Shown here: positions 12,531 to 23,754 of the stretch, one piece after another
How positions within the stretch are numbered: position 1 is the first letter of the stretch
Layout: each line of letters starts with the position of its first letter
Assembly (NCBI RefSeq): GCF_036321535.1
Contig: NC_087437.1
Span: 8,432,001 to 8,496,000 of the forward strand
Origin: Camelus dromedarius
Taxonomy: Eukaryota
DNA: 64,000 nt
Direction: 5' to 3'
Notes under the pieces: generated by a model
Told to the model about the DNA's origin: nothing
What the model saw: the letters and a program-made list of their open reading frames with translations, nothing else
Databases searched by the model: none
Made by a program: the position numbers and the translations under genes

Positions 12531-14529
12531 TCCTAAAAGTTCCGTTATATCACGTACTTTTGAACAAAAAACATGGCTTCATCTTTTGAAAATTCAGAGT
12601 GGATTTTTAAATGCAAATCAGATTAGTTTCAAGGTTGCAATTGGCTTTGTTCATCCTTTGCCACGATATATAGTAGAAATGTGTTTTTTTGTTCCTGAAA
12701 GTAGTGCAATTTTTCATGGAGAAGCAGGGGAAACATTCATCTTTCAGCGATAATTACTTTCCAGTCCTTCCGGGCCTTGTTCAAGCCTCACCCCCTCCAG
12801 CAAGCCTTCTCTAAATTCTTTAGTTTATGGCAAACTTGTCTTCTCTTAACTCCCACAGAAACCATTGGCCATCTTTTTCAAAATTATTATTTTCACTGCA
12901 AAACAGTTTTTACAAGATCACAATAAAATAAATAAAAAGAAAAAGGCTTCTAAAATCCTGTCATTCCAACAAATTAGGCCATTCTCTTTTTTCAACAATC
13001 ACATTCAGCCTTTGTGTGTATATATAACGCGTATATCCTTGGACGTTTCTATAATCATAGTGCAGATATGTGTTTGTAGCCCTTTCCCCACTTGACGTCT
13101 ATGCACAGTCACTTTTTCAAGTTGCTACGTGATTTCCACAATTTTATTTTGTGTAGTGTTACTCATTACCTCTTGGACATTTCGTAGGAATTGTACAGTG
13201 AACGTGTCTGAGAGTGACTTGGATTTTCCATTCAACACCATGCAATTTTAGACAGAAAAAATTGTTCTCTCATTCACTACCCGCTGCTTCTGTTCAGTTT
13301 ACAAATTGAGTCCTTCTACTGCCTAGATGCTTCTCATTTATAAACTCTTCTTTCCAACTTCATCACTGGCTTAGGCTTCTTGAGGCTCATAGTCCAATGT
13401 TGGGAGGCTGGTACTGGCTGCTACCGGTAGGTGGCTCGTAGTAGGTCTTCCCAGCAAACCCTCGCCACGGGTGCACAAGTCATCTTTCTGAGATGAAAAT
13501 TTGATCTATTAAATCTCTCTTAAAAATATTCAGTGATTCTCCTTTGTCTGTGAGGAGGTTGTCAGTCCTTACCACTAAGGTTATTTTGCACAAAAATGTA
13601 GATTTCTGGTTTCTCTCGGGGAGTTGAAACTCTGGCCACGATGGTTCTGCAGCCCAGCCTGGCACCAGAATCCTGAAACCAAATAGAGATTCTTTCTGTA
13701 GACAAACCACGTGCTTTCCAATGTGATACCGAGGCCTCTAAGTCGGTTTTATTGATCTTAGCTCCCTGGCTCCTCTGGATTTTAGAGTTTGAGATCCTTT
13801 GCTGTCCAGTCTAAAAAGCTTACAGTCGGTTGAATGGCACACACGTTTCTTCCTGTTGAGTTCTTTAGCCTCATTCTTTCATTTATCAAGGAACGTGGCT
13901 TTTCAAATGTGCTGCAGATGTGCCCGTTGCTTCCCCTGCCTCACCACCCTCAGTTCTGGGGGAGGCTCCTCCTTCCAGACTGTGATGCGTCGTCACCTCT
14001 GTGAAGGCCTTCCTGGTTCCTTGAGCCTACAGGGTGGCAGAATGATCTGGAAAGGAGTTTAGCTTCTCATCCTAGTCTGCAGCTCCTTCTCCTGGCTCAG
14101 GCTGGGGAGACAGGGCCGGAAGCTCTCCTTGCCCCTTGTGTCTGCTCTCTTCCCTGCTTTTCACTTCTCTAATCTTTCCTTGTCAGTGGAGTTCAGCACA
14201 CATTTAAAGAGTGGGCTGTTGATGGCACTGGACGCAGTGGTGAGTGAGGGGTTCCTGCGTGGTGGGGCTTACATCACGTGGGGACAGAGGAGTGTGTGCT
14301 GCTGATGGCATGACCAGGAGCACCTGGTCAGGTCCAGGCAATGCGCTGAGGGAGGGTGGAGGAAGGTGTACCTGCCAGTTTTCTTTGGCAAAGGGAATGG
14401 AAAGAGCTTGCATTTAAAGATTTCTGAAAAGGATAATGGAACTGTGGGTTCCTCATAACTCTGTTTTGTGTTTTCTTCTCATCTTTACATGTCCTTCTCA
14501 GCCACTCTAATGTTTCATTTTAGGACATG

Positions 14530-14765
14530 AGCATCCAGTCTTCCAGTTTTTGAATCTGACCCCATTACTTTATCTCTGCGATACTGGGCAGGCCCTTAAT
14601 GTCTTTACGCCTCAGTTTCTTCATCTTCAAAATGAGAGAAATGATGGTACCGACTTCCTAGAGCTGTTGAGAAAATTAAATGAGATACCCGCACAAAACA
14701 TTGGGCGTATTGCCTTGTAAAGAACAGGCACTCAGTAAAAGTCAGCTATTATTAGTATCATTATT
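14530..14765 (+). mobile_element. MIR SINE
   Basis: 'cctcagtttcttcatcttcaaaatg...gttgagaaaattaaatgagata' MIR core and tail. Confidence 0.75.
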
Positions 14766-14839
14766 TAGTAACCCACATGCTCCCACATCATATTCTGGAG
14801 ACTTGCAAAGTGATAATTAGGGTAATTTTCGCTAACATC

Positions 14840-15070
14840 ATTAAGAGAGCATTCAGTGCCACGGCCGGGTCTGCAGACTCTGGGGCCATATGGCTTGGGC
14901 TCAGACCTGTCACACCTGCCTTACAGGCTGCTTAGTTTCTCAGCATTTGTTCCCTTGTGTTTAAGATGGAGAATCGTGTCTATGATGTAAGGGTGGAGTG
15001 AAGATTGAATGAGGAAGTAGAAATTAGGTGCTCAGAGCAGTGTCTGGTACGTGGGATGTGCCGAATACAT
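14840..15070 (+). mobile_element. MIR SINE
   Basis: Degenerate MIR: 'gtgaagattgaatgagg...gctcagagcagtgtctggtac'. Confidence 0.55.
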
Positions 15071-15680
15071 ATTTTTTGAACTACTTATTTTTATTGAGCT
15101 GTGCTCAGAGCTTCATATATGTTATCTCTGGTATCCTGACTAGCTTCACAGTATAGACAAAGCCCCATGAGAATTTTCAGAAACTTTGGAGCAGACTTTT
15201 GGTCTTCTACGAGAGAACGGAATCATTGAGAGCTCAAGACGGTTACTCCCAGATCTCCAAAGAGACACTCGGTCCCCAGCTGACATCTGATTTACATGTG
15301 CCTGTACACGAAATCAGTACTCCCTGCATGACAAAATGATACCCTGAGAGAAGCATGTAAGTCTATTGTTTCTTTTCCTCTCTGTGAAAATACAGCCAAA
15401 TGATTAATTGTCTTAATTTCAGGATTGACTAAATCAGAAACTGACCTGGAAAATGCATGCCAATGATCTGGATTTTGTTCACAGTTCTGCCTCTTCACTG
15501 GGTTCCAAGGGACTTGCCAATGGGAAGCAATTTAACTTCTCTGTGACCTCATGTTTCTCATGAGTAAACTGAGGGGTTAAGGCCAATCGTTGTTCCCTAA
15601 ACTTTGATCCATTGTCCGTATAACAGTAGTTGTGGGAATTTCCACATCGCTATCCACTTCCTAATGAAGTTCATGGGTAG

Positions 15681-16158
15681 TGTGAACAAAAAATACTGCA
15701 AACCGTATCAGTAAACAAAGAGTGTTGAAACCATCAAGTCATCAGTGGCTGCTGCCACCTCCCAGTGAGGACAGGCCTGCAGCCCGGCCTCTGCAGCCAC
15801 TCACAGTGGTGCCCTCTGAGGGCACTCAGAATAAGAAAGGACAGGATACTGGCCCTAGAAAGCCAGGTGCTTATCAGAGGAATGAATTCAATGAGCCCAA
15901 ATGTTTGCTTCCTCTCATACACAGAAAAGCACTAAATTCTTTCACTTGAGATGCCTGGTTTTCTTTAGATAACAAGCAATCTTTTTTTGTTCCAACTACC
16001 TGGTCTTTGTTGTAAAACTCCTGTATATCCTAGCTCCTCCCCTACCTCTTTGGAGCAGTCCCTCAGAGCTATCTGAGAGGCTGTCATCCCGGCTGGAGTC
16101 CTCCACCAAATAAAACATAACTCTCAACTTTTAGGCTGCGCATTTATTTTAGTCAACA
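15681..16158 (+). mobile_element. Complete ERV1-type solo LTR with 4-bp TSD
   Basis: GTAG|TGTGAAC...GTCAACA|GTAG; TATA-like tgtatat near 16022 and AATAAA at 16109-16114. Confidence 0.9.
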
Positions 16159-16159
16159 G

Positions 16160-16293
16160 TAGGATGACTGTATGTCCGGGTTTACCTCGTATGGTCCCCA
16201 TTTGTTCCTGTTTCCTGGTAAAATTATTAATAGTGCCCCACTGCACTCTCAAAAATGTCCAGATTTGGAGAATAACATTTGCAATCATGCTAT
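16160..16293. mobile_element. MER94-like non-autonomous hAT element
   Basis: 'taggatgactgtatgtccgggttt...attattaatagtgcccc...ctctcaaaaatgtcc...aatcatgcta' resembles recalled MER94 with degenerate TIRs. Confidence 0.65.
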
Positions 16294-16674
16294 TAATAGG
16301 GGTTCCTTGAATATAAAATATTAGGTTAAATAATTTTTAAACAGCTTTCTTAAGGGCAAAACTTTGCAGATCCTCTAATATGCTAGCATGCCTTATGATT
16401 TTCAAAAAGGGGGGGGGGGTAAAGTTTCCAGGATTTGGGTTTTGGAATCCTTCTTTTGCTTCTTATGGGAATAGGTTAATGGAACTTACTTTGGGAAAGA
16501 GGATTAAATCATCTTAATTCAACAAATACTTAGCAACTGCCAAGTGCCAAGTCCTGGAAGAGGCAATGGAGAAATAGTGATGGACAGAACTTAATTCTGC
16601 CCTGGAGTAGTTTGTAATCTGACCTATAAGTGGGGTGAATGGCAGTGGGAATTAAGATAGCACACAAATAACTG

Positions 16675-16955
16675 TGTAAACAAGGGTGAGACTTTATGCA
16701 GATTTAAGCCATTGCTTTCTCCTTTGGTAAAAGTTTCTCGAGATTTAGAGTCATCTCCCCTCTTCCTGGTACAGGAGGGAGACACCCTTACAAACGGAAG
16801 TCTCCCTTTTACCCGTAAATGTCTCTTACAAAAGAGTAACTTCTACTAGGTTTTCAGAGCTTCTGCTGTGTTTGCAGCTTCTTAAAAAAGAATCAGCCGA
16901 AAATAATCCTTTGTCAAGGAGATGTGTTTTGGGTGGCAAATTCTGCTCCCCTACA
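16675..16955 (-). mobile_element. Partial ERV1-type (MER34-like) LTR
   Basis: Ends 'aaaataatcctttgtcaaggagatgtgttttgggtggcaaattctgctcccctaca', similar to the reverse complement of the start of the LTR at 19434. Confidence 0.6.
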
Positions 16956-17436
16956 ACATCATGAATGCATCTGTGATGTTTATTTTTCTACACTTGAAGA
17001 TGTAACTAATTTATAATATTATGTTTCTTGTTATAAATAGGCCGAAACGACTGATTTTTTTTGGGGGGGGGGCGGTGTTTTCAAGATTTGTACTAAAGTA
17101 TCTGTTGGTTTGTATTTGAACATCTTGCTTAAAACTAATTTTTTCTTTTTGGCTCTTTCTTCTGGTGAGGGGAAAGAATTTCCCTCTACCCTTCACAGGC
17201 TCTTTTGACTGGTCGAATAATCAAATCAACATGAGACAGACTAACAGGGGAAAGACAAGTTTTATTTCATACATGCAGGAACCCCACCTACAGGAGAGGT
17301 TCAAAGACAGAAGGATAAAATGAGCTGTATATGACATCCTGAGCTAAGGAATGCCAAAGGGAGCTTGAAAAGGGAGGAGGGCAATTCACAGGGCAAGAAG
17401 AAGAGTAGACATTGGGTAATTAAATGTCTGCCCCAC

Positions 17437-18020
17437 TGTTACAGGGAAAAGGGGAAGGAGGGGACAGTTGTGTCCCAGGTCTCAAGCAAGTCTCTGGTAT
17501 GCACCCTGCCAAGTGAGGGTCCTTGGCTTCTCGCAGGAAAGAGTTCAAGAGTGACCCACAGTAGAGTGAAAGATTTATTTAGGGAGATACACATTCCATA
17601 GACAGATTGTGGGCCATCTCAGAAGGCAAGAGAGGCCCTGGGAGATGACGTTGCCTTGGAAAGTGAGAGCAGCCCTGGGTTGCCAGGGTGTTTCATTTTT
17701 ATGGGCTCAATAATTTCATGTGCTAACAAGTGGGAGGGTTATTCCAGCTACTTTGGGAAGGGGACAGGGATTTCCAGGAATTGGTCCACCACCCACTTTT
17801 TGGCCTTTTATGGTCAGCCTTGGAACTGTCATGGCTCCTGTGGGAGTGCTAGTTACCAAGCTAATATAGTACAATGAGCGTATAATGAAGCTCAAGGTCT
17901 GCTGGAAGGCAAATCTTCCACCATCTTGGGCCTAGTTGGTTTTAACCAGTTTATGTTCTATCCTCAACAGCTGTGTCATTCTTTTAATTGTTGTTCTCTG
18001 CCTGTTTCCCTTCTGGCTCA
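17437..18020 (-). mobile_element. Nested ERV1-type solo LTR, same family as 7681-8266
   Basis: TGTTAC...GGCTCA termini; flanks ccac/ctgc; long shared blocks with the 7.7-kb copy such as 'ggccttttatggtcagcct' and 'ccatcttgggccta'. Confidence 0.85.
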
Positions 18021-18072
18021 CTGCCATACAGGTGGGTCACTCAGATAAAATTTATCTCTGGTAATAATTCTC

Positions 18073-18205
18073 TCTCTATTTATTATTTTTTTTGGTGTGG
18101 GGAGGTAAATATTTATTTATTTATTCTTGGAGGAGGTACTGGGGATTGAATCTAGGACCTCAAGCATAAGCATCCACTCTATCACTTGAGCTGTACCCTC
18201 CCTCA
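18073..18205 (-). mobile_element. tRNA-derived SINE (camelid Vic-1-like) with 14-bp TSD
   Basis: TSD tggtaataattctc at 18059-18072 and 18206-18219. Minus strand has A-box-like ACAGCTCAAGTGATAG, B-box-like GATTCAATCC and an A-rich tail. Confidence 0.85.
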
Positions 18206-18532
18206 TGGTAATAATTCTCATTTGGGGAAAGACGTCCAATTTAAATTCTTCTAAGTAGTTAAGGGAAGGGCAGTAGTTTCTGCTGAGTTCACAAGGTCTT
18301 GATTGCCTTTAGCTCAAAGTAATCCACAACCCAAAGTGATACATCTTGAGGAGGCTCATTCTAAACCCCTTTACCTCCTACTAACTCTGATTTCTAGTAT
18401 TTTGTAAACCACTCCCCCCCACCCCCCCAGGTAAATAGCCCTTTTAGTTTTAGAGAACAAGTTCTATTTTGAGGGTTTTTTTTTTTTTTTTGATCTTGAT
18501 GGTTTAGATTTATTCTAAACTTTCACCTTGCC

Positions 18533-18700
18533 AATGATCAACCTTCTTGCTAAGCTGTGGACAAGCAACATCAGTGTAACCTGGGAGTTTGATAGAAATA
18601 CAGCATCTTGGGCCCCATCTCAGACTTATTGAATCAGAATATGCATTTTAACAGCATCCCCAGGAGATCTGTATTCACATTAATGTTTGAGAAAAACTAA
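18533..18700. mobile_element. MER5A-like hAT-Charlie element
   Basis: 'ctcagacttattgaatcagaatatgcattttaacagcatccccaggagat...cacattaatgtttgagaa'. Confidence 0.7.
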
Positions 18701-19433
18701 TCAATTGAGGGTTTTTCTGAAATTCACCCTGCTGCAGGAGCAGCTGACTATAATGTATTCTTCAATGCAGACAACAGTTTGGAATTCTGATTTATTTTAT
18801 GGCTCAATGTTTATTGACTGCACCTGGTGTGCTAGATGCTGCAAAGAAAATTCAAATCACCCAGCCATTGTTCTACAGTTACTTTACTCTAAAATAAAAG
18901 ACACAAACACTTTACTATTTTTTTCTTCTATTTGTGCTTTAAAAATACATACAGATACATTGAAAGAAGAAAAAGAGTGTGTAGAGGAGACAGGCAGATT
19001 AGAATCCCACTCCAGGGGATGTGGTTCATTGTTTGAATGAGAGTAGATGAAGGATGTTCATAGACACAAATAGAAATGGAAAGAAATCCATCCATCATCT
19101 AGGTGTTTGATATGGGGAAAGCAAACATCTGGATGGCTGAATTTTGTGCAGAGTATCTGGATAACTGCTTGCATTTGCCACAACTCCTCCAGATGTTTTA
19201 GCGTTGTGTTGGTGTAGCCCAAGCTACAGACATTTTATGAATTTTTAGTAGAAAAAGTTCTGAAAGCATTGATTTTGTGTCTACATTTCATTCTTTGTGA
19301 AACTTATAGTCTTTTAAACCTAGTATTTGGTCAAGTTTTCCCTTTTTGTGTTAAGTTACCATTTTATATAGTGGATATAGAAGACATCCTTAGTTACTAT
19401 CATTAAGATATGATGAAATAAAATTAAGAATTT

Positions 19434-20529
19434 TGAAGGAATCAAGACTATGTTACCCCCAAAGTTGCCACTTTGGCATTAGGATTATTTTAAGTTGAAG
19501 TCCCTTGAGAATCAACAGATACAGAATGAGTTTTTGCCCTCCCCCGATCTGCCTAAAAACAGGGCATGTTACTCAATTCAGTTCCGGCTGCTCACCTTTT
19601 GAGAGCCAATACTCAAGAGACAAGTGTTGGTTGGAAAGGAAAGGTTGCTTTATCAGAAGCCTGGTAACCTGGCGAGAAGGTGGACTCATGTCCAAAAACC
19701 AATTCTGAAGATTCTGATCCATCATGAAAGGTTTTGAAGGGAGAATCACTTGGGGAGGGGATCAGAGTCTTCATTATCTTGCAAAGTGTGTAGACTCCCT
19801 TCTGATTGGTTGGTGGTGAGGTAACAGGGCAGTGTTTCAGGAATCTGGAGCTCAGACTGAAGTTACTATCCTCCACCCTGGTGGGGGCCTGAGTTCCTGC
19901 AGAAGATCTCAAAGGTACTGTTATGTGTATCCCTCAAGGAGGAACCAGGACCCTGCTTTATGGCTGCACTATTGTTTCTTGACTGCTTCTTCTTTCTTTC
20001 TGCATTCCCTCCCTTCCCTGATTAACAACTATTTGAATCTGCCCTTTGAAACTCAGGGAAGGTCAAGGAGGCTGAATAAAGCCTATTTCCTACAAACAAG
20101 AAATGGGGAAAGGGAAAGGATTGGTACCTGGGAGGGCCCTGCAGGGTCCTGCTCCATTTCTGGTATAAATTTTTCTCTGTGAAGGTGTCTCTCCCCCTTG
20201 TTACCACAGTCTGCACTGAGACGAGTCTGCGTAAGCAAACCTTACTAAGATAGCCCTTCTCTTCCATTAGTTTCCCCATATATTTCCTAGTGAATTTTCT
20301 ACAGCTTATTGTTCCCCCAAAGACAACCCTATTTCTTTTGTTAAAATGGTGTGAAACCCCTGAGTCTAAATGCTTGAGTTTCACTTGCTTTCTGTGAACT
20401 CCTGTGCATGCAAAATATTAATACATTTGTATTCTTTTTCTTTTGTTAATGAGTTTTTTGTCGGTGAAATTTGAATGCCCCCAGTCACTGACTCCAAGAG
20501 GGTAGGAGAAAAGTTTTTCTTTCCTAACA
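19434..20529 (+). mobile_element. MER34-like ERV1 solo LTR with 4-bp TSD, interrupted by a nested LTR
   Basis: ATTT|TGAAGG...CCTAACA|ATTT. Confidence 0.85.
19567..20161 (-). mobile_element. Nested ERV1-type solo LTR
   Basis: GGCA|TGTTACTC...CATTTCT|GGTA (TSD with one transition, terminal CA mutated). Host LTR resumes after it. Confidence 0.85.
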
Positions 20530-21931
20530 ATTTAGTGTCTACTAAAACTTTAAAAAAAAAATCATAAATCATTTTAAAAGAGGAAAGGAGGAATTGAAGA
20601 AGGAAGGATAAGATTAGATAGGAAACATGGGGAAAGTCTGAAACACCCACAGAAATGGAATAAGAGTTTTTAGGAATTAGCTATTTAATCGTCTGTTTTA
20701 TCTAATCATTTCTCAAGCCGTCAATGACTGCAGGCACACTGTATGGAGAGATTATTATTGTCACACCCTAAGCCTGCAGTGAGGTCAACTGTTGGATCAA
20801 TAACAACTCTGCTCCATCAGATAATGAATCTAAATGAGAATTGTCACTGCTAATCAGGTATCTTGAAATCCTTGAACAGGGTGCAGGGATAAATGATTGC
20901 TGACTATTCTTCTCCTTTTAACCTTAGTGGATTTTGCTCACCCATATTTTTAATTAACTAATTTAGTTCAGGACATTTAAAATGCTCAGATCCTGTCAAA
21001 ATTCTCCCCAGGGAAGTTATTCCTGGAGTAGACATCAAGAAGACTGTCCTTCCTTTCTCTGTGGTGATAGATTTGACACGTTTTAATTTTTTCCCTGAGG
21101 AACACGTTCCCAAGGAAGACTTCGGTTTCACATTTCACTTAGCACTTAGTTCTTTACCTCACAGAAAGGTAGCACTTTAAAATTCAGCGAAAAGGTACAA
21201 TGTTCTTTACGGGGTATTAAACAAAAGTCAAAGCTATGGAAAATTACAGCCTTTGGTGCAAAGGGAGATACCTTCTGCCTTTTTGAGGGTTAATTAGTAA
21301 TGAAAAATCTTTTAGAAAAAAAGGTTGCATGAAACTGAGGTCATGGAAGAGTCTTAACAATTAAAAGATATTTTGTACATTAAAAAAGACTAAGATTTTG
21401 GCTGTTGTTTTATTTAGTTTTACATTTTTGTAGACTTTGTTCTTTAGCATGTTTTATTTAAGATCGGAAACTTTGAAATGTAGAGTTTGCCTCTTCTTTA
21501 CAACGTTAAGAAAAGCCAGTGATATTATATCTGTTAAATAATTTTGTAACACTAGGGTTGATGATATAGTTAACAGAGGTAGTCAGTTAACCTGCAGTTT
21601 TGCTTTCCAGTTCACCACTCTTGTGTCTAGAGACTGAGCGAGACAGGAAAATAAAAAACTCATGTGTTTTTTTTTGTCTTTCTGACTTGATTGGTAAGTT
21701 AGCAAATGTACTTAAAACACTATGTGTGCATCCTAAGGTATGTGGGGAGAAAGTGAGTTGTCCCAGAATCTCATTGAAACTTTTCTGGGTATTGAGTCCA
21801 ACTTTTTATTTCGAGAAACTTTCCTATCTGTTCACATGAGCTCTGTATAGCTTCCATTATGAAAAAAAAAAAATTCATCTCCTGGGGTTATCTACATCAG
21901 AGATTTTTAATTGTTACTATTTATGAACCAC

Positions 21932-22480
21932 CAATTCTAGTTATTATTGCTGCAAAGCAAAGCACCCCAAAACGCAGTAGTGTAAAATAACAATTGTGAG
22001 TCAGGAATTCAGAAGGGTAGCATGGGGATGGTTTGTTTCTGCTGCACGAAGTCTGGGGCCTCAGGTGGGAGGGCTCAGGTGGCTGAGCAGTGGCTCAGGT
22101 GAATGGGGACTGCAATGATTTGAAAACTTCTTCACTCATATGCCTGATATGTGGACCGGGATGATGCAAAGGCTGGGCTCAGCTGGAGCTGTTAACAGGT
22201 GTACACACACGTGTCCTCTCCATGTGGGCTGGGCTTCTCCTGGCTGGGTCTGAATGGGAGCGCCCCAAGAGGGAGGGCCAGGAGGGTGAGAGTTCGCAGA
22301 GATGCAGGTGGGACCACTTGCCCTTCTATGACCTAAATCAGAAATCACAGAAGGTCACTAGTTCTTACTGTTGATCACAGCAGTCACAGGCCAGCCCAGA
22401 TTCAAGGGGCAGTGACATAGAGCTCACCTCTTGATGGGAGCAGTGTCAAAGAGTTTGTGATCTTTTTAAAAACCACCACA
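21932..22480 (-). mobile_element. MaLR LTR (MLT1F/G-like)
   Basis: 'tagttattattgctgcaaagcaaagcaccccaaaac...gtgagtcaggaattc...aaaaccaccaca' are reverse MLT1 termini. Confidence 0.75.
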
Positions 22481-23754
22481 ACATCTAATTTACAGTGTTT
22501 TTTCAGTCCTCTCAGAGACTTGTCCTTACTCATTTTTAAAAGCAGCAGAAGATATCTGGTGCTGTATAGCGGGCAACCAGAGGTGAGCCCCATGCTTGAT
22601 GATAAAGTCAGGTGCAGAAGTCGTATCAATGAATTCCTTTGCCTCTCCCAGTATTACCCAGTTCATCAGTCTGTAGACAGTGGGTTCCAGAAAAATTTAG
22701 GGGGGAAACTTAATTGCTTAGAGAATTTTATGTGAATCATGTTTTTTTTCCAAGGCCCACTGCAGTGAATCAAGCTGTTGCATTAGCGTTCTTCCTGAGG
22801 TAGCTTCTTTAATTACAGCTCTCTTATATGTTCATCTGTAGCATAAAACAGACCCAAATTCAGAGGGCTGCTTTTGAACTGAGCCATTGTTTCATGACAA
22901 TTAGAACACAAATCTATGCATATCGACTGGGTGCGTGTAGATAAACAGGATAGCATTGCCCTCCACGATCCACGGTGCATTTCTTCAAAAGGATGCACAA
23001 AGCTAGAACCAAGATAAGAAAGCTCTGAAGTTTCTCAAGATACTGAATCTTAGGTACTGAGCTATTAAGTTTATTTCACTAAATGCTCGGGGCTGTGTGA
23101 GCAGATATACACTTTCTGAAGTCCGTGCTGCTGTGTAGGTGGCCGTGGGCAAGAAGCCCGAGAAGGAACAGTAACTGTAGGTGACACTCTCCTGACACTG
23201 AGATGAGTATGTATCACCTCCACTGACACTCAGAACAAACTTGGGAGGCAAGTATTATCATCCCAAGTTTACAGATGGGTGAATTGATGTCGGGGATTTT
23301 CTGCTGTATGCCTGATGTCATTCCCTTGCAGTGGTGAAAAGATATAACTCCTCAGACGTGATTTCTCTTTGGGAAGTCATAGCCGATCTTTCTCAGCGAA
23401 ATTAAAGTACTCCTCCTCGGTGCTCTTTTCACACCTTGAAATCTATCCATATTCACCTCTTTGCATTGTAATTATCTTCTGTGTTTGTTTTCCCTCCCTT
23501 GACTTGAAGGGAGGGACCTTGTCTCATCTGTCTGCGCACACCAAGGATCTGACCCAAAGGGACCAGTGAATGCTTGTGGAATGGGTGAGTGATGGAAGGT
23601 TCTTTCACATTAGAATTTTCTTTCCCAATCCATGGTGCACATCCAGGAAGAAGTGTTCTATTGGGACACTGGTAAAGCAAAGCTGGTATCTGTGGACGGG
23701 ACACAAGGAAGCCGTGGAGGTAAAGACTTGTTAATCATTGTGGCATGTTTTAGC

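Larger units (their letters stand above)
17166..18373 (-). mobile_element. ERV1-type solo LTR hosting a second LTR and a SINE
   Basis: Begins tgaggggaaagaatttccctctacc, ends ...ctaaaccccttta; reads continuously once 17437-18020 and 18073-18205 are removed. Its own TSD was not resolved. Confidence 0.7.

Noticed and set aside
7681..18020. Two same-family, same-orientation LTRs ~9 kb apart as the ends of one provirus
   Set aside because: The interval contains L2, MIR and MaLR host DNA, not gag/pol. Each LTR interrupts its own host element, which resumes on the other side, so they are independent solo LTRs.
18073..18205. tRNA gene
   Set aside because: The A/B boxes belong to a SINE with a tail and TSD; no intact cloverleaf.
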